A DNA stretch of 64,000 bases from an uncultured delta proteobacterium (GTDB lineage Bacteria; Myxococcota_A; Polyangia; Haliangiales; Haliangiaceae), in assembly GCA_963743525.1 (NCBI GenBank), contig CAVUQH010000003.1, forward strand, positions 896,001 through 960,000, in the 5' to 3' direction. Position numbers and translations under genes: made by a program. Each line of letters begins with the position of its first letter. Position 1 is the stretch's first letter. The notes below the pieces were generated by a model that was not told where the DNA came from, ran no database searches, and saw only the letters and a program-made list of their open reading frames with translations. This document shows, piece by piece, positions 22,078 to 30,266 of the stretch.

Positions 22078-22913
22078 AGGTCCACTTCTGGGGCACGCGC
22101 GGCTCGTTCGCCATGACCGGCAGCGAGTTCCTGCGCTACGGCGGCAACACCACCGCGGTCGAGCTGCAGAACGACGCCGGCCGCCGGGTGTTGATCGATC
22201 TGGGCACCGGCATCACCGAGCTGGCCAAAGAGCTGATGGGCACCGAGTTCGGCACCGGCGCCGGCCAGCTGCAGGTGTTGCTGACCCACACGCACCTCGA
22301 CCACATCCAGGGGCTGCCGTTCTTCACCCCGCTGTTCATCCGCGGCAACCGGATCAACGTGCTCGGCCACGAGAGCGAGGACCTGCGCCTGGTCGAGGTG
22401 TTCCAGGGACAGCTCAACCCGCACTATTCGCCGCTGTACGGCCTGGAGAACCTGGCCGCCGGCGTGCAGTTCGACCCGATTCAGCCGGGCAGCTCGCTGC
22501 CGGTCGAGGGCTTCGAGGTGTCCGCGGTGCTGTTGCCCCACGGCGGCATGGAGACGCTGGCGTTCCGCGTCGCCGCCGACGGCCACGCGGTCGCGTTCAT
22601 GAGCGACGTCGAGTACCTCGACGGGCCCACGCCCGAGGCGCTGGCGCTGGCCAAGGGCGCCGACCTGCTGATCCACGACAGCATGTTCGGCGACGAGGAG
22701 TACGAGACCCGCAAAGGCTGGGGCCACTCGTCGGTGAACATCGCCATCGACGTGGCGCAGCGGGCCGGGGCGGGCAAGCTGGCCCTGTTCCACCACAGCC
22801 CGGACGCCACCGACGCGGTCATCGACGCCCGCGTCGAGTCGGCCCAGGCGCGGACCGACTTCCCGGTGTTCGGCGCCCGCGAAGGCGCCGTGCTCGAGCT
22901 CGGCGCAGACTAG
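22074..22913 (+). CDS. MBL-fold metallo-hydrolase (paralog of upstream gene)
   Basis: FWGTRGS, YGGNT, THTHLDHIQGLPFF, WGHSS, LFHHSP; GTGA overlap. Confidence 0.92.
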   Translation: MKVHFWGTRGSFAMTGSEFLRYGGNTTAVELQNDAGRRVLIDLGTGITELAKELMGTEFGTGAGQLQVLLTHTHLDHIQGLPFFTPLFIRGNRINVLGHESEDLRLVEVFQGQLNPHYSPLYGLENLAAGVQFDPIQPGSSLPVEGFEVSAVLLPHGGMETLAFRVAADGHAVAFMSDVEYLDGPTPEALALAKGADLLIHDSMFGDEEYETRKGWGHSSVNIAIDVAQRAGAGKLALFHHSPDATDAVIDARVESAQARTDFPVFGAREGAVLELGAD

Positions 22914-23940
22914 CTACGACGCGCGGGCGGCGATCTCCTGCTCGGCGCGCTCGAGCTCGACGAACGGGTCGGTCGCATCCTCGAACTGCAGGATGCCCAG
23001 CTCGGCGAAGCGCTGGCGCTGCCTGTCGCTGAGCAGACCCAGCCGCTTGATGGCCGGCACGATCTTGGCAAACAGCATCTGCCGGAACATCTTCTGCGAG
23101 GTGTTGTTCAGGGTGATGTCCATGCACTCCTGCTGGGGCAGCCCCTGCTTCTCCCACACCTGCTGGAACAGGAACCGGTCGCGCATGAGGCGAGCGGCCT
23201 CGTAGACGAAGTCCTCGCGCTCCTGGATCTCCTTCTCCGGCTGGTCGTCGTAGTAGCTGCTGAGCGACAGGATGCCGTAGGCCACGTGGCGGGCCTCGTC
23301 CTGCATGACGTAGGTGGTCAGCTCGCGCAGCAGCGGCTCGTAGGTGTTCTGGCGGATCATGTTGAACGCCGCCAGCGCCAGCCCCTCGACCATGATCTGC
23401 ATGCCCAGGAACTTCATGTCCCAGCGCGAGTCCTTGAGGATCAGGTCGAGCAGCGTCTTCAGGTGCTCGCTGACCGGGTAGGAGAAGCCGATCTTCTCGT
23501 GCAGGTAGCGGTTGTAGACGTCGACGTGGCGGGCCTCGTCCATGACCTGGCTCGAGCCGTACAGCTTGCTGTCGAGGTCGGGCACCGAGTTCGACCAGCT
23601 GGGCGGTGGCCAGCAGCGCCCCCTGCTCGCCGTGGAGGAACTGCGACAGGGTCCAGGCGTTGATCTCGATGTTCAGCTGGGTCTTCTCCCGCTCGCTCAG
23701 CTTGGCGTAGATGTCCGAGCCGAACAGCGGGTGCATCATCTCGGGCGCGCCGGGCGCCTCGAGATCGACGTCGGTCTCCCAGGGCAGCGCGTCGTTGGCG
23801 ATCCACTGGTTGCGCTGGGCCTTCTCGTACAGGTTGCGCAGCTTCTCTCGCGTCTCCTCGTAGCCCCACGTATACGTGACGTCTAGAACCGCCTCCAGCA
23901 CCTCGATGCTGGAGTTGCCGGCGGATTGCTGCTCGCTCAT
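22914..23940 (-). CDS. Ferritin-like diiron protein (AurF-like), one-base frameshift at ~23590
   Basis: SQFLHGEQGAL, QVMDEARH, MVEGLALAAF, MQDEARH; removing one base at 23589-23595 restores LVDSVPDLDSK; GGAGGGG RBS. Confidence 0.85.
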
Positions 23941-23954
23941 CGACCCCTCCGAGA

Positions 23955-24000
23955 AAGTGAAACTGATTTCAAGTTTGACTTCGGGGCCGGCTCTGGTCAA
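23955..24000. promoter_or_regulatory. Putative TetR operator overlapping a sigma70-like promoter of the diiron gene
   Basis: Inverted repeat AAGTGAAACT-N7-AGTTTGACTT (23955-23981, 1 mismatch); minus-strand TTGACC-N17-CAAACT (24000-23972). Confidence 0.55.
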
Positions 24001-24054
24001 GGAAAATCCGCGGGTCGCGCGCATCGCTGGAACTGCTGGGCCAGATCGCGCAGG

Positions 24055-24735
24055 ATGCAGAAGACCGTGGCCAATTCTCCCAAGTCTCAGAATCCCAAAG
24101 GGATCCTGCTCTTTGCCCAGGAGCCCCGGGAGTTCCCCCAGGAACGGGCGCGCAAGACCTACGAGTCGCTGATCAAGGCTGCGGCCAAGGTGTTCGTCGA
24201 CAAGGGTTTCGACGCCACCCAGACCCCCGACATCGCGTCGGATGCCGGGGTCAGCGTCGGCACCTTCTACCGGTACTTCACCGACAAGCGCGACGTCTTC
24301 CTCGAGATCCTCAAGCGCGATCTGTATCGGTCCTACGGCGAGGTGATGGCCCGGCTGACCCCCGAGAGCTTTCAGGGCGAGGCGCGCCGCGCCACCATCG
24401 AGTCGGTCATCGAGATCCTGCTCGACAACATCACCCGGTCGCCGGGGATGCAGCGGCTGTTCCTCGAGCTGTCGCTGCGCGACCCCGACGTCGCCGCGCT
24501 CAAGCAGGCGTACGACGCCGAGGGTCGCCGCCGGGTGTCCGAGCTGATTGCCGCCATTTGCCCGGAAGAGCTCGTTGCCGATCCCGACGCCACGGCCTAC
24601 ATGATTCACACCGCGGTCGTCGAATGCGCCATTCACATTGCCGGCGCTCGCGGACCGCTGCCGGTGTCGCGCGAGCGTGCGGTCGGGGCACTCACCGAGA
24701 TCATCTACCGCTCCCTCTTCGGCATCGAAGACTGA
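24055..24735 (+). CDS. TetR/AcrR family transcriptional regulator
   Basis: PQERARKT..LIKAA..F..GF..IASDAGVSVGTFYRYFTDK HTH; divergent from the diiron gene. Confidence 0.92.
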   Translation: MQKTVANSPKSQNPKGILLFAQEPREFPQERARKTYESLIKAAAKVFVDKGFDATQTPDIASDAGVSVGTFYRYFTDKRDVFLEILKRDLYRSYGEVMARLTPESFQGEARRATIESVIEILLDNITRSPGMQRLFLELSLRDPDVAALKQAYDAEGRRRVSELIAAICPEELVADPDATAYMIHTAVVECAIHIAGARGPLPVSRERAVGALTEIIYRSLFGIED

Positions 24736-24748
24736 CCACGGGGATTCG

Positions 24749-26213
24749 GTGTCCGAAGACAGGGACATCAAGAAGGATGTGAACCGAGGGCTCGCGTGGG
24801 TCGGGCTGGCCAGCTCCAGCGTCGGCCTGCTCGACGCGCTGTCGACCTTCATCCTGCTGGCGATCTCGGATCTCGCCGCACGAATACGGCGCGGCGGCCC
24901 TGGCCATCTCGCTGTTCCCGGTGCTCGACCGCGCCACCGACCTGGGGCTGTCGGCCGCGGTGATCCAGCGCGACGACCACAGCGAGGAGAAGATCTCCAC
25001 GGTCTTCTGGCTCAACGTGATGATGTCGCTGGTGATGTTCGCCGCCCTCGGGCTGGCCATCGCCCCGGGCCTGGCCCATCTGCACCACAACGCCATCATC
25101 GGCGACATGCTCACGGTCTACGGCTTCAAGCTGCTGTGGCAGAACACCTACTTCATGCCGTGGGCGCTGATGACCAGGAAGCTCCGCTTCAAGGAGCTCT
25201 CGGTCATCCGCATCTTCGCCAACCTGGCCGAGTTCGCCGGCAAGATCGGCTTTGCCGCCGCCGGCTTCGGCATCTGGTGCTTCGTCCTGGGGCCGCTGTG
25301 CCGGGTGGTGGTCACCGGCGTCGGCATCCAGATTCGCAACCCGTGGCGGCCCAGGTTCGTGTTCCGCCCGCGCGAGGCGTGGGGCTGGTTCACCTTCGGC
25401 ATGAAGGCCTCGGGCAGCAAGGTGCTCTTCTACCTGTACACCAACGTCGACTACCAGGTCGTCGGCTACTTCTTCGGCGAGACCGCCAACGGCTACTACA
25501 GCCTGGCGTACGTCCTGGTGCTCGAGCCGTGCCGGGTGATCTCGGACGTCATCGTGGCGATCGCCTTCCCCACCTTCTCGCGGCTCAAGAACGCGCGCGA
25601 CAAGGTAGTCGAGCAGTTCATCGCTTTCACCCGCATGAACCTGGTCGTCATGATCGGCTTCCTCGGCATCCTGTTCCTGACCTGTGCCGATGCCATCGAG
25701 CTGTGGAACCCGAAATACCTGCCGGCGGTGACCACCATCAAGATCCTCTGCTTCGTCGGCGTGCTGCGGGCGCTCAGCTTCGTGGTACCGCCGCTGCTCG
25801 ACGGCATGGGCCGCCCGGCGCTGACGCTCATCTACACCACCGTCGCGGCGGTCGTGCTCAGCGGGCTGTTCATCCTGTTCGCGGTGCTCTACGGCGACCG
25901 CCTGCACGAGGTGTCGGTTGCCGTGGCCTGGGCAGTCGGCTACCCGGTGGCGTTCGTGGTCCTGTTCGCCATGGCGCTGACCCTGCTCGAGCTACCGCTG
26001 AAGACCTATCTCCAGCGCTCGGCCGGCATCCCGGCGATGGCGGTGCTGGCCATGCTGCCGGGCGCCGGCGTCCATTACCTGATCGCGTCGCTGCACCCGG
26101 CGCTGCGCCTGGGCATCACCGCGGTCACCGTGGCCGGCATCTTCTTCGTGCTGCTGGCCTACGTCGAGGGGATCAGCCCTCGCTCGGTGACCCGCGCGAT
26201 TCGCGGAGACTGA
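24749..26213 (+). CDS. Oligosaccharide flippase (Wzx/PST family), one-base frameshift at ~24867
   Basis: RGLAW, ISP.EYG, DLGLSAAVIQR, STVFWLN, NVDYQVVG, GYYSLA, FPTFSRL; frames of ORFs 24638.. and 24921.. join. Confidence 0.85.
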
Positions 26214-26529
26214 CTAGAGCGCCGACCGGTTTACGAACGCTCGCCAAATCGCGTATCTGCGTCGCATGGCGGCGTCGCTCATCAGTCGCTGGGGCCCACC
26301 CAACTCCTTCTTCGCTCCTTGCCCTGCTCGCATCTACGCGATTTCGCTTCGCGTCGCAAACCGATCGTCGCTCTGGAGCGCCGACCGGTTTACGAACGCT
26401 CGCCAAATCCGTGTATCTGCGTCGCATGGCGGCGTCGCTCATCAGTCGCTGGGGCCCACCCAACTCCTTCTTCGCTCCTTGCCCTGCTCGCATCTACGCG
26501 ATTTCGCTTCGCGTCGCAAACCGATCTAG
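26214..26529. repeat. Two tandem ~157-159-bp MITE/REP-like palindromic elements
   Basis: Units 26214-26372 and 26373-26529 nearly identical; terminal IR CTAGAGCGCCGACCGGTTT / AAACCGATCGTCGCTCTGG; internal IR; bounded by CTAG/CTGG; between convergent genes. Confidence 0.85.
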
Positions 26530-27110
26530 GCCAGGTCTTTGAAGCTGGTGACCACCTTGTCGAGGAGGCCGAAATCGATCGCCTCCTGCGGGGTGAACCA
26601 GCGGTCGCGGTCGATGGCCCGCTCGATGACCTCTTTGCTCTGCCCGGTCGCCTCGACGTAGAGGTCGACGATCTTGGAGCGGGTGCGGATGATCTCCTTG
26701 GCCTGGATCTCCAGGTCGGCGGCCGGGCCCTGGACCACGCCGTGGATCGACGGCTGGTGGATCAGGATGCGCGCGTTGGTCGTGGCGAAGCGGCGACCCT
26801 TGTCGGCGCACAGGCTGAGGATCGATCCCATCGATGCGGCCAGTCCGGTGACCACGGTGGTCACCGGCGACTGGATCATCTTGACCTGATCCCAGATGGC
26901 GAAGCCCGCGTCGATCGATCCGCCGGGAGAGAAGATGACGAAGGTGATCGGCGCGCCGGGATCCTGGATCTCGAGGTACCAGATCTTGCGGATCATCTCG
27001 GTGGCGGACTCGCTGTCCACGCCTTCGCTGAAGAACAGGCGCCGGTTCTGCAGGAATGCCCGCTCCATCTCGTCGTCGAGGGACGAAGGCTTCGTGGTGG
27101 CCTCGCTCAT
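26526..27110 (-). CDS. clpP: ATP-dependent Clp protease proteolytic subunit
   Basis: [13 protein letters not shown] (catalytic Ser), ILIHQP (His), [12 protein letters not shown]. Confidence 0.95.
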   Translation of the reverse strand: MSEATTKPSSLDDEMERAFLQNRRLFFSEGVDSESATEMIRKIWYLEIQDPGAPITFVIFSPGGSIDAGFAIWDQVKMIQSPVTTVVTGLAASMGSILSLCADKGRRFATTNARILIHQPSIHGVVQGPAADLEIQAKEIIRTRSKIVDLYVEATGQSKEVIERAIDRDRWFTPQEAIDFGLLDKVVTSFKDLA

Positions 27111-27319
27111 CTGACTCTCCTGTCGGATCCTTTGATCGTGAACGTCGCCGCGGCTGCGGCGACAATGAGAAACGTAACGCGCCCGCCGCCCTGCCGCCAA
27201 CCCATCCGATCGGGTAGTCAACGGCCGGATGACGCTTCTCCGGGGCCTCAGGGCTGGTGGCAGAATCCGTTGGATCGTTGGCATTGTGCCGTAGGCTGCC
27301 GGCCGGCTACCGTGGCTGC

Positions 27320-28322
27320 GTGACCCGCCGCATCGCCATCGTCGGCTTCCCCGGGGCGCAATCGCTCGACATCGTCGGTCCGCTGGAGGTGTTCGCCGGC
27401 GCGGACCGGGCCGCCGGTGGCGCGCGCCCCGCCTACCGCGTCGAGCTGCTGGCCCCCGGTGGCGAGCCGATCCTCTGCTCCAGCGGGCTGACGCTGGTTC
27501 CGGACGCCGGCGTGCGCGGTCGCCGCGGCGCCATCGACACCCTGGTGGTGGCTGGCGGCGAGGGCACCCGGCAGGCGATGTCGGACCCCGGACTGCTGCG
27601 GGCGATCGGCTCGCTGGCGCGGCGGTCGCGGCGCGTGACCTCGGTCTGCACCGGCGCGTTCCTGCTCGGCGCCGCAGGGCTGCTCGACGGCCGCCGCGCG
27701 ACCACCCACTGGCGCTGGTGCGATCTGCTGGCCCGCCAGTTTCCCCGCACCCGCGTCGAGCCGGATCGGATCTTCGTCCGCGACGGCGAGCTGTGGACCT
27801 CGGCCGGCGTGACCGCGGGGATGGATCTGGCCCTGGCCCTGGTCGAGGCCGACCTCGGCCGCGACCTGGCCCTCGAGGTCGCCCGTCACCTGGTGGTATT
27901 CGTTCGCCGCTCGGGCGGGCAGTCGCAGTTCTCGGCCCAGCTCGCGGCCCAGGTCGCCGAGCGCGATCCGCTGCGCGACCTGCAGACGTGGATCCAGGAG
28001 CACCCCGACGCCACGCTGTCGGTGCCATCCCTGGCCGCGCGCGCCGGGATGAGCCCGCGCAACTTCGCCCGCGTCTTTCGTCGCGAGGTCGGCGTCACGC
28101 CGGCCGCGTACGTCGAGCAGGTCCGCGTCGAGCTGGCCCGCCGGCTGCTGGAGACCGGCGGCGGATTCGATCGACGAGGTCGCCGCGGCCGCCGGCTTCG
28201 GCACCGCCGAGTCGCTGCGTCGCGCCTTCGCCCGCCGCGTGCGCCTGAGCCCGCGCGAGTACCGCAACCGTTTCCGCCCGGCGCTGGCCGGCGATTCTCC
28301 CCGACCCGGAGGCAACCCATGA
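27320..28322 (+). CDS. GlxA-family AraC regulator (DJ-1/PfpI domain plus HTH), one-base frameshift at ~28166
   Basis: [52 protein letters not shown]; corrected C-terminus [21 protein letters not shown]. Confidence 0.88.
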
Positions 28323-28973
28323 GCGCTTCGATCGACATCGTCTTCCTGTTGTTCCCCCACGTCACGCCGCTCGACGCCGTCGGCCCGTACGAGGTGCTGT
28401 CGCGCCTGCCCGGCGCCCGCGTGCGTCTGGCGGCGCCGACCGCCGGTCCTCTGCCCGCCGAAGAGGGCGCGCTGGCGCTGGTCGCCGACTCCTGCATCGA
28501 CGACGTATCGCGTGCCGACGTGCTGGTCGTGCCCGGCGGCTGGGGCTCGCGCGCCGTGGCCACCGACGCGCGCGTGCTGGCCTGGGTGCAGCGAATCGAC
28601 ACGACCACGCAGTGGACGTGCTCGGTCTGCACCGGCGCGCTGATCCTCGGTGCGGCCGGACTGCTCGACGGTTCGACGCGCGACCACGCACTGGGCGTGG
28701 CGGGACGAGCTGCCCCGGCTCGGTGCCATCCCGTTGACCGAGCGCGTGGTCACCGATGGCAAGTACATGACGGCCGCCGGTGTGTCGGCTGGGATCGATC
28801 TCGGGCTGACGCTGACAGCGCGCATTGCGGGCGATCCGATCGCGCAGGCGATCCAACTCGGGCTCGAGTACGACCCGCAACCTCCGTTCACGAGCGGGAC
28901 GCCCGAGACCGCGCCACCGATGATCGTGAGCCAGGTGCGGGCCGCCCTGGAGTCGCGAGCCCGGACTATCTAA
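28319..28973 (+). CDS. DJ-1/PfpI family protein (isonitrile hydratase-like), one-base frameshift at ~28672
   Basis: LDAVGPYEVL, VPGG, SVCTGALILG, RATTHW, TAAGVSAGID, LEYDPQPPF; ATGA overlap. Confidence 0.88.
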
Positions 28974-29172
28974 CGCACTGCAATATCAGACTTTAACGAT
29001 AATTAGGTAAGCCGGATCGCGTCGATTGCGTGAGAGTTTACCTGTTGTGCGATGTGCATCACGTGTCCGTGTGAGTGGTCTGCGAATTACAGCTTTTCCG
29101 TTTGTAGAGATGAGTGGGATTCCAGTACAAAGGTGCACCCCTGCCTCACCCCCACACCAGGAGCCCTACACC

Positions 29173-30120
29173 ATGATTCGCATCGCATTGTCCTCGGTCC
29201 TCATCTTCGCCCTCGGCGGCTGTCTCGACATGGACACGCAGGATCTGGGGAGCCAGACGCAGGACGTCCGCAACCCCGATATCAGGCCCAACGGTCACGG
29301 CGGCGGCACCGCGATCAGCTTCGCCAAGGGTGGCGGCAAGGGCGGCGGCGGTGGCGGCGGTGGTCACCACTCCACCAGCAACGGCATCAACTACCACGGC
29401 GGCCCGGTCATGCTCGGGACCACCAACGTTTACTACATCTGGTACGGCACCTGGAACGACGCTTCCGAGCGCGCGGTGCTGACCAACTTCGCCGAGAACA
29501 TCGGCGGCTCCCCCTACTTCAACATCAACACCACCTACTACGACGGCAACAACGCCCACATCTCGAACTCGGTCGCGCTGGCCGGGCAGACCAACGACAA
29601 CTACTCGCGCGGCGCCAGCAACCTGGCCGACAGCGACATCCAGGCCATCGTCACCACCGCCATCAACAGCGGCGCGCTGCCCAGCGATGAGAGCGCGGTC
29701 TACTTCGTGCTGACCTCGGCCGACGTGACCAAGTCCGGCTTCTGCTCCTCGTACTGCGGCTGGCACACCCACATGAGCCTCGGTGGCGCCGACATCAAGT
29801 ACTCGTTCATCGGCAACGCCGAGCAGTGCCCGACCGCCTGCCAGGCGCAGTCCGGCTCGGGCTCGATCAGCGGCTACCAGGGCGCCGACGGCATGGCCTC
29901 GATCATCGCCCACGAGCTCGAGGAAGCGGCCAGCGACCCCGACCTCAACGCCTGGTACGACCGCCGTGGCTACGAGAACGCCGACAAGTGCGCCTGGACC
30001 TTCGGTTCCACGTACAGCGCCGGTGGCGGCGTCGCCAACGTCAACCTGGGTGGCCAGGACTACCTGATCCAGCAGAACTGGGTCAACGCCAGCGGCGGCT
30101 ACTGCGCCATGTCGTACTAG
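29173..30120 (+). CDS. Phosphate-induced protein 1 (Phi_1/EXORDIUM-like) lipoprotein
   Basis: Lipobox LGGC; YHGGPVM, VYYIWYG, FC..YCGWH, DGM.S.IAHEL.E..SDP..NAW, ENADKC, YLIQQNW. Confidence 0.8.
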   Translation: MIRIALSSVLIFALGGCLDMDTQDLGSQTQDVRNPDIRPNGHGGGTAISFAKGGGKGGGGGGGGHHSTSNGINYHGGPVMLGTTNVYYIWYGTWNDASERAVLTNFAENIGGSPYFNINTTYYDGNNAHISNSVALAGQTNDNYSRGASNLADSDIQAIVTTAINSGALPSDESAVYFVLTSADVTKSGFCSSYCGWHTHMSLGGADIKYSFIGNAEQCPTACQAQSGSGSISGYQGADGMASIIAHELEEAASDPDLNAWYDRRGYENADKCAWTFGSTYSAGGGVANVNLGGQDYLIQQNWVNASGGYCAMSY

Positions 30121-30140
30121 CTCCTCAGCGATTCGATTCG

Positions 30141-30180
30141 ACGGCGGCCTCGCATCGGCGGGGCCGCCGTTCTTCGTTTC
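30141..30180 (+). terminator. Rho-independent terminator
   Basis: ACGGCGGCCTCGC-ATCG-GCGGGGCCGCCGT hairpin followed by TCTTCGTTTC. Confidence 0.7.
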
Positions 30181-30266
30181 GGTGAGCGGGCGCGGGCCCA
30201 CGGCTCGGCGTCGATGCGGCAGGCCGTCGGCCACGTGCGCCGCTGCCGGCGTGAGTCGCCGCGCGA

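Noticed and set aside
22819..24852. Apparent 677-aa minus-strand ORF
   Set aside because: Only ~23590-23940 is real (diiron N-terminus); the rest is TetR antisense or out of frame.
26173..26529. Short ORFs with internally repeated peptides over the repeat cluster
   Set aside because: Translations of the DNA repeats; no coding bias.
27257..28996. Apparent 579-aa AraC - DJ-1 fusion
   Set aside because: Produced by one-base frameshifts; correction gives two genes with an ATGA overlap at 28319-28322.
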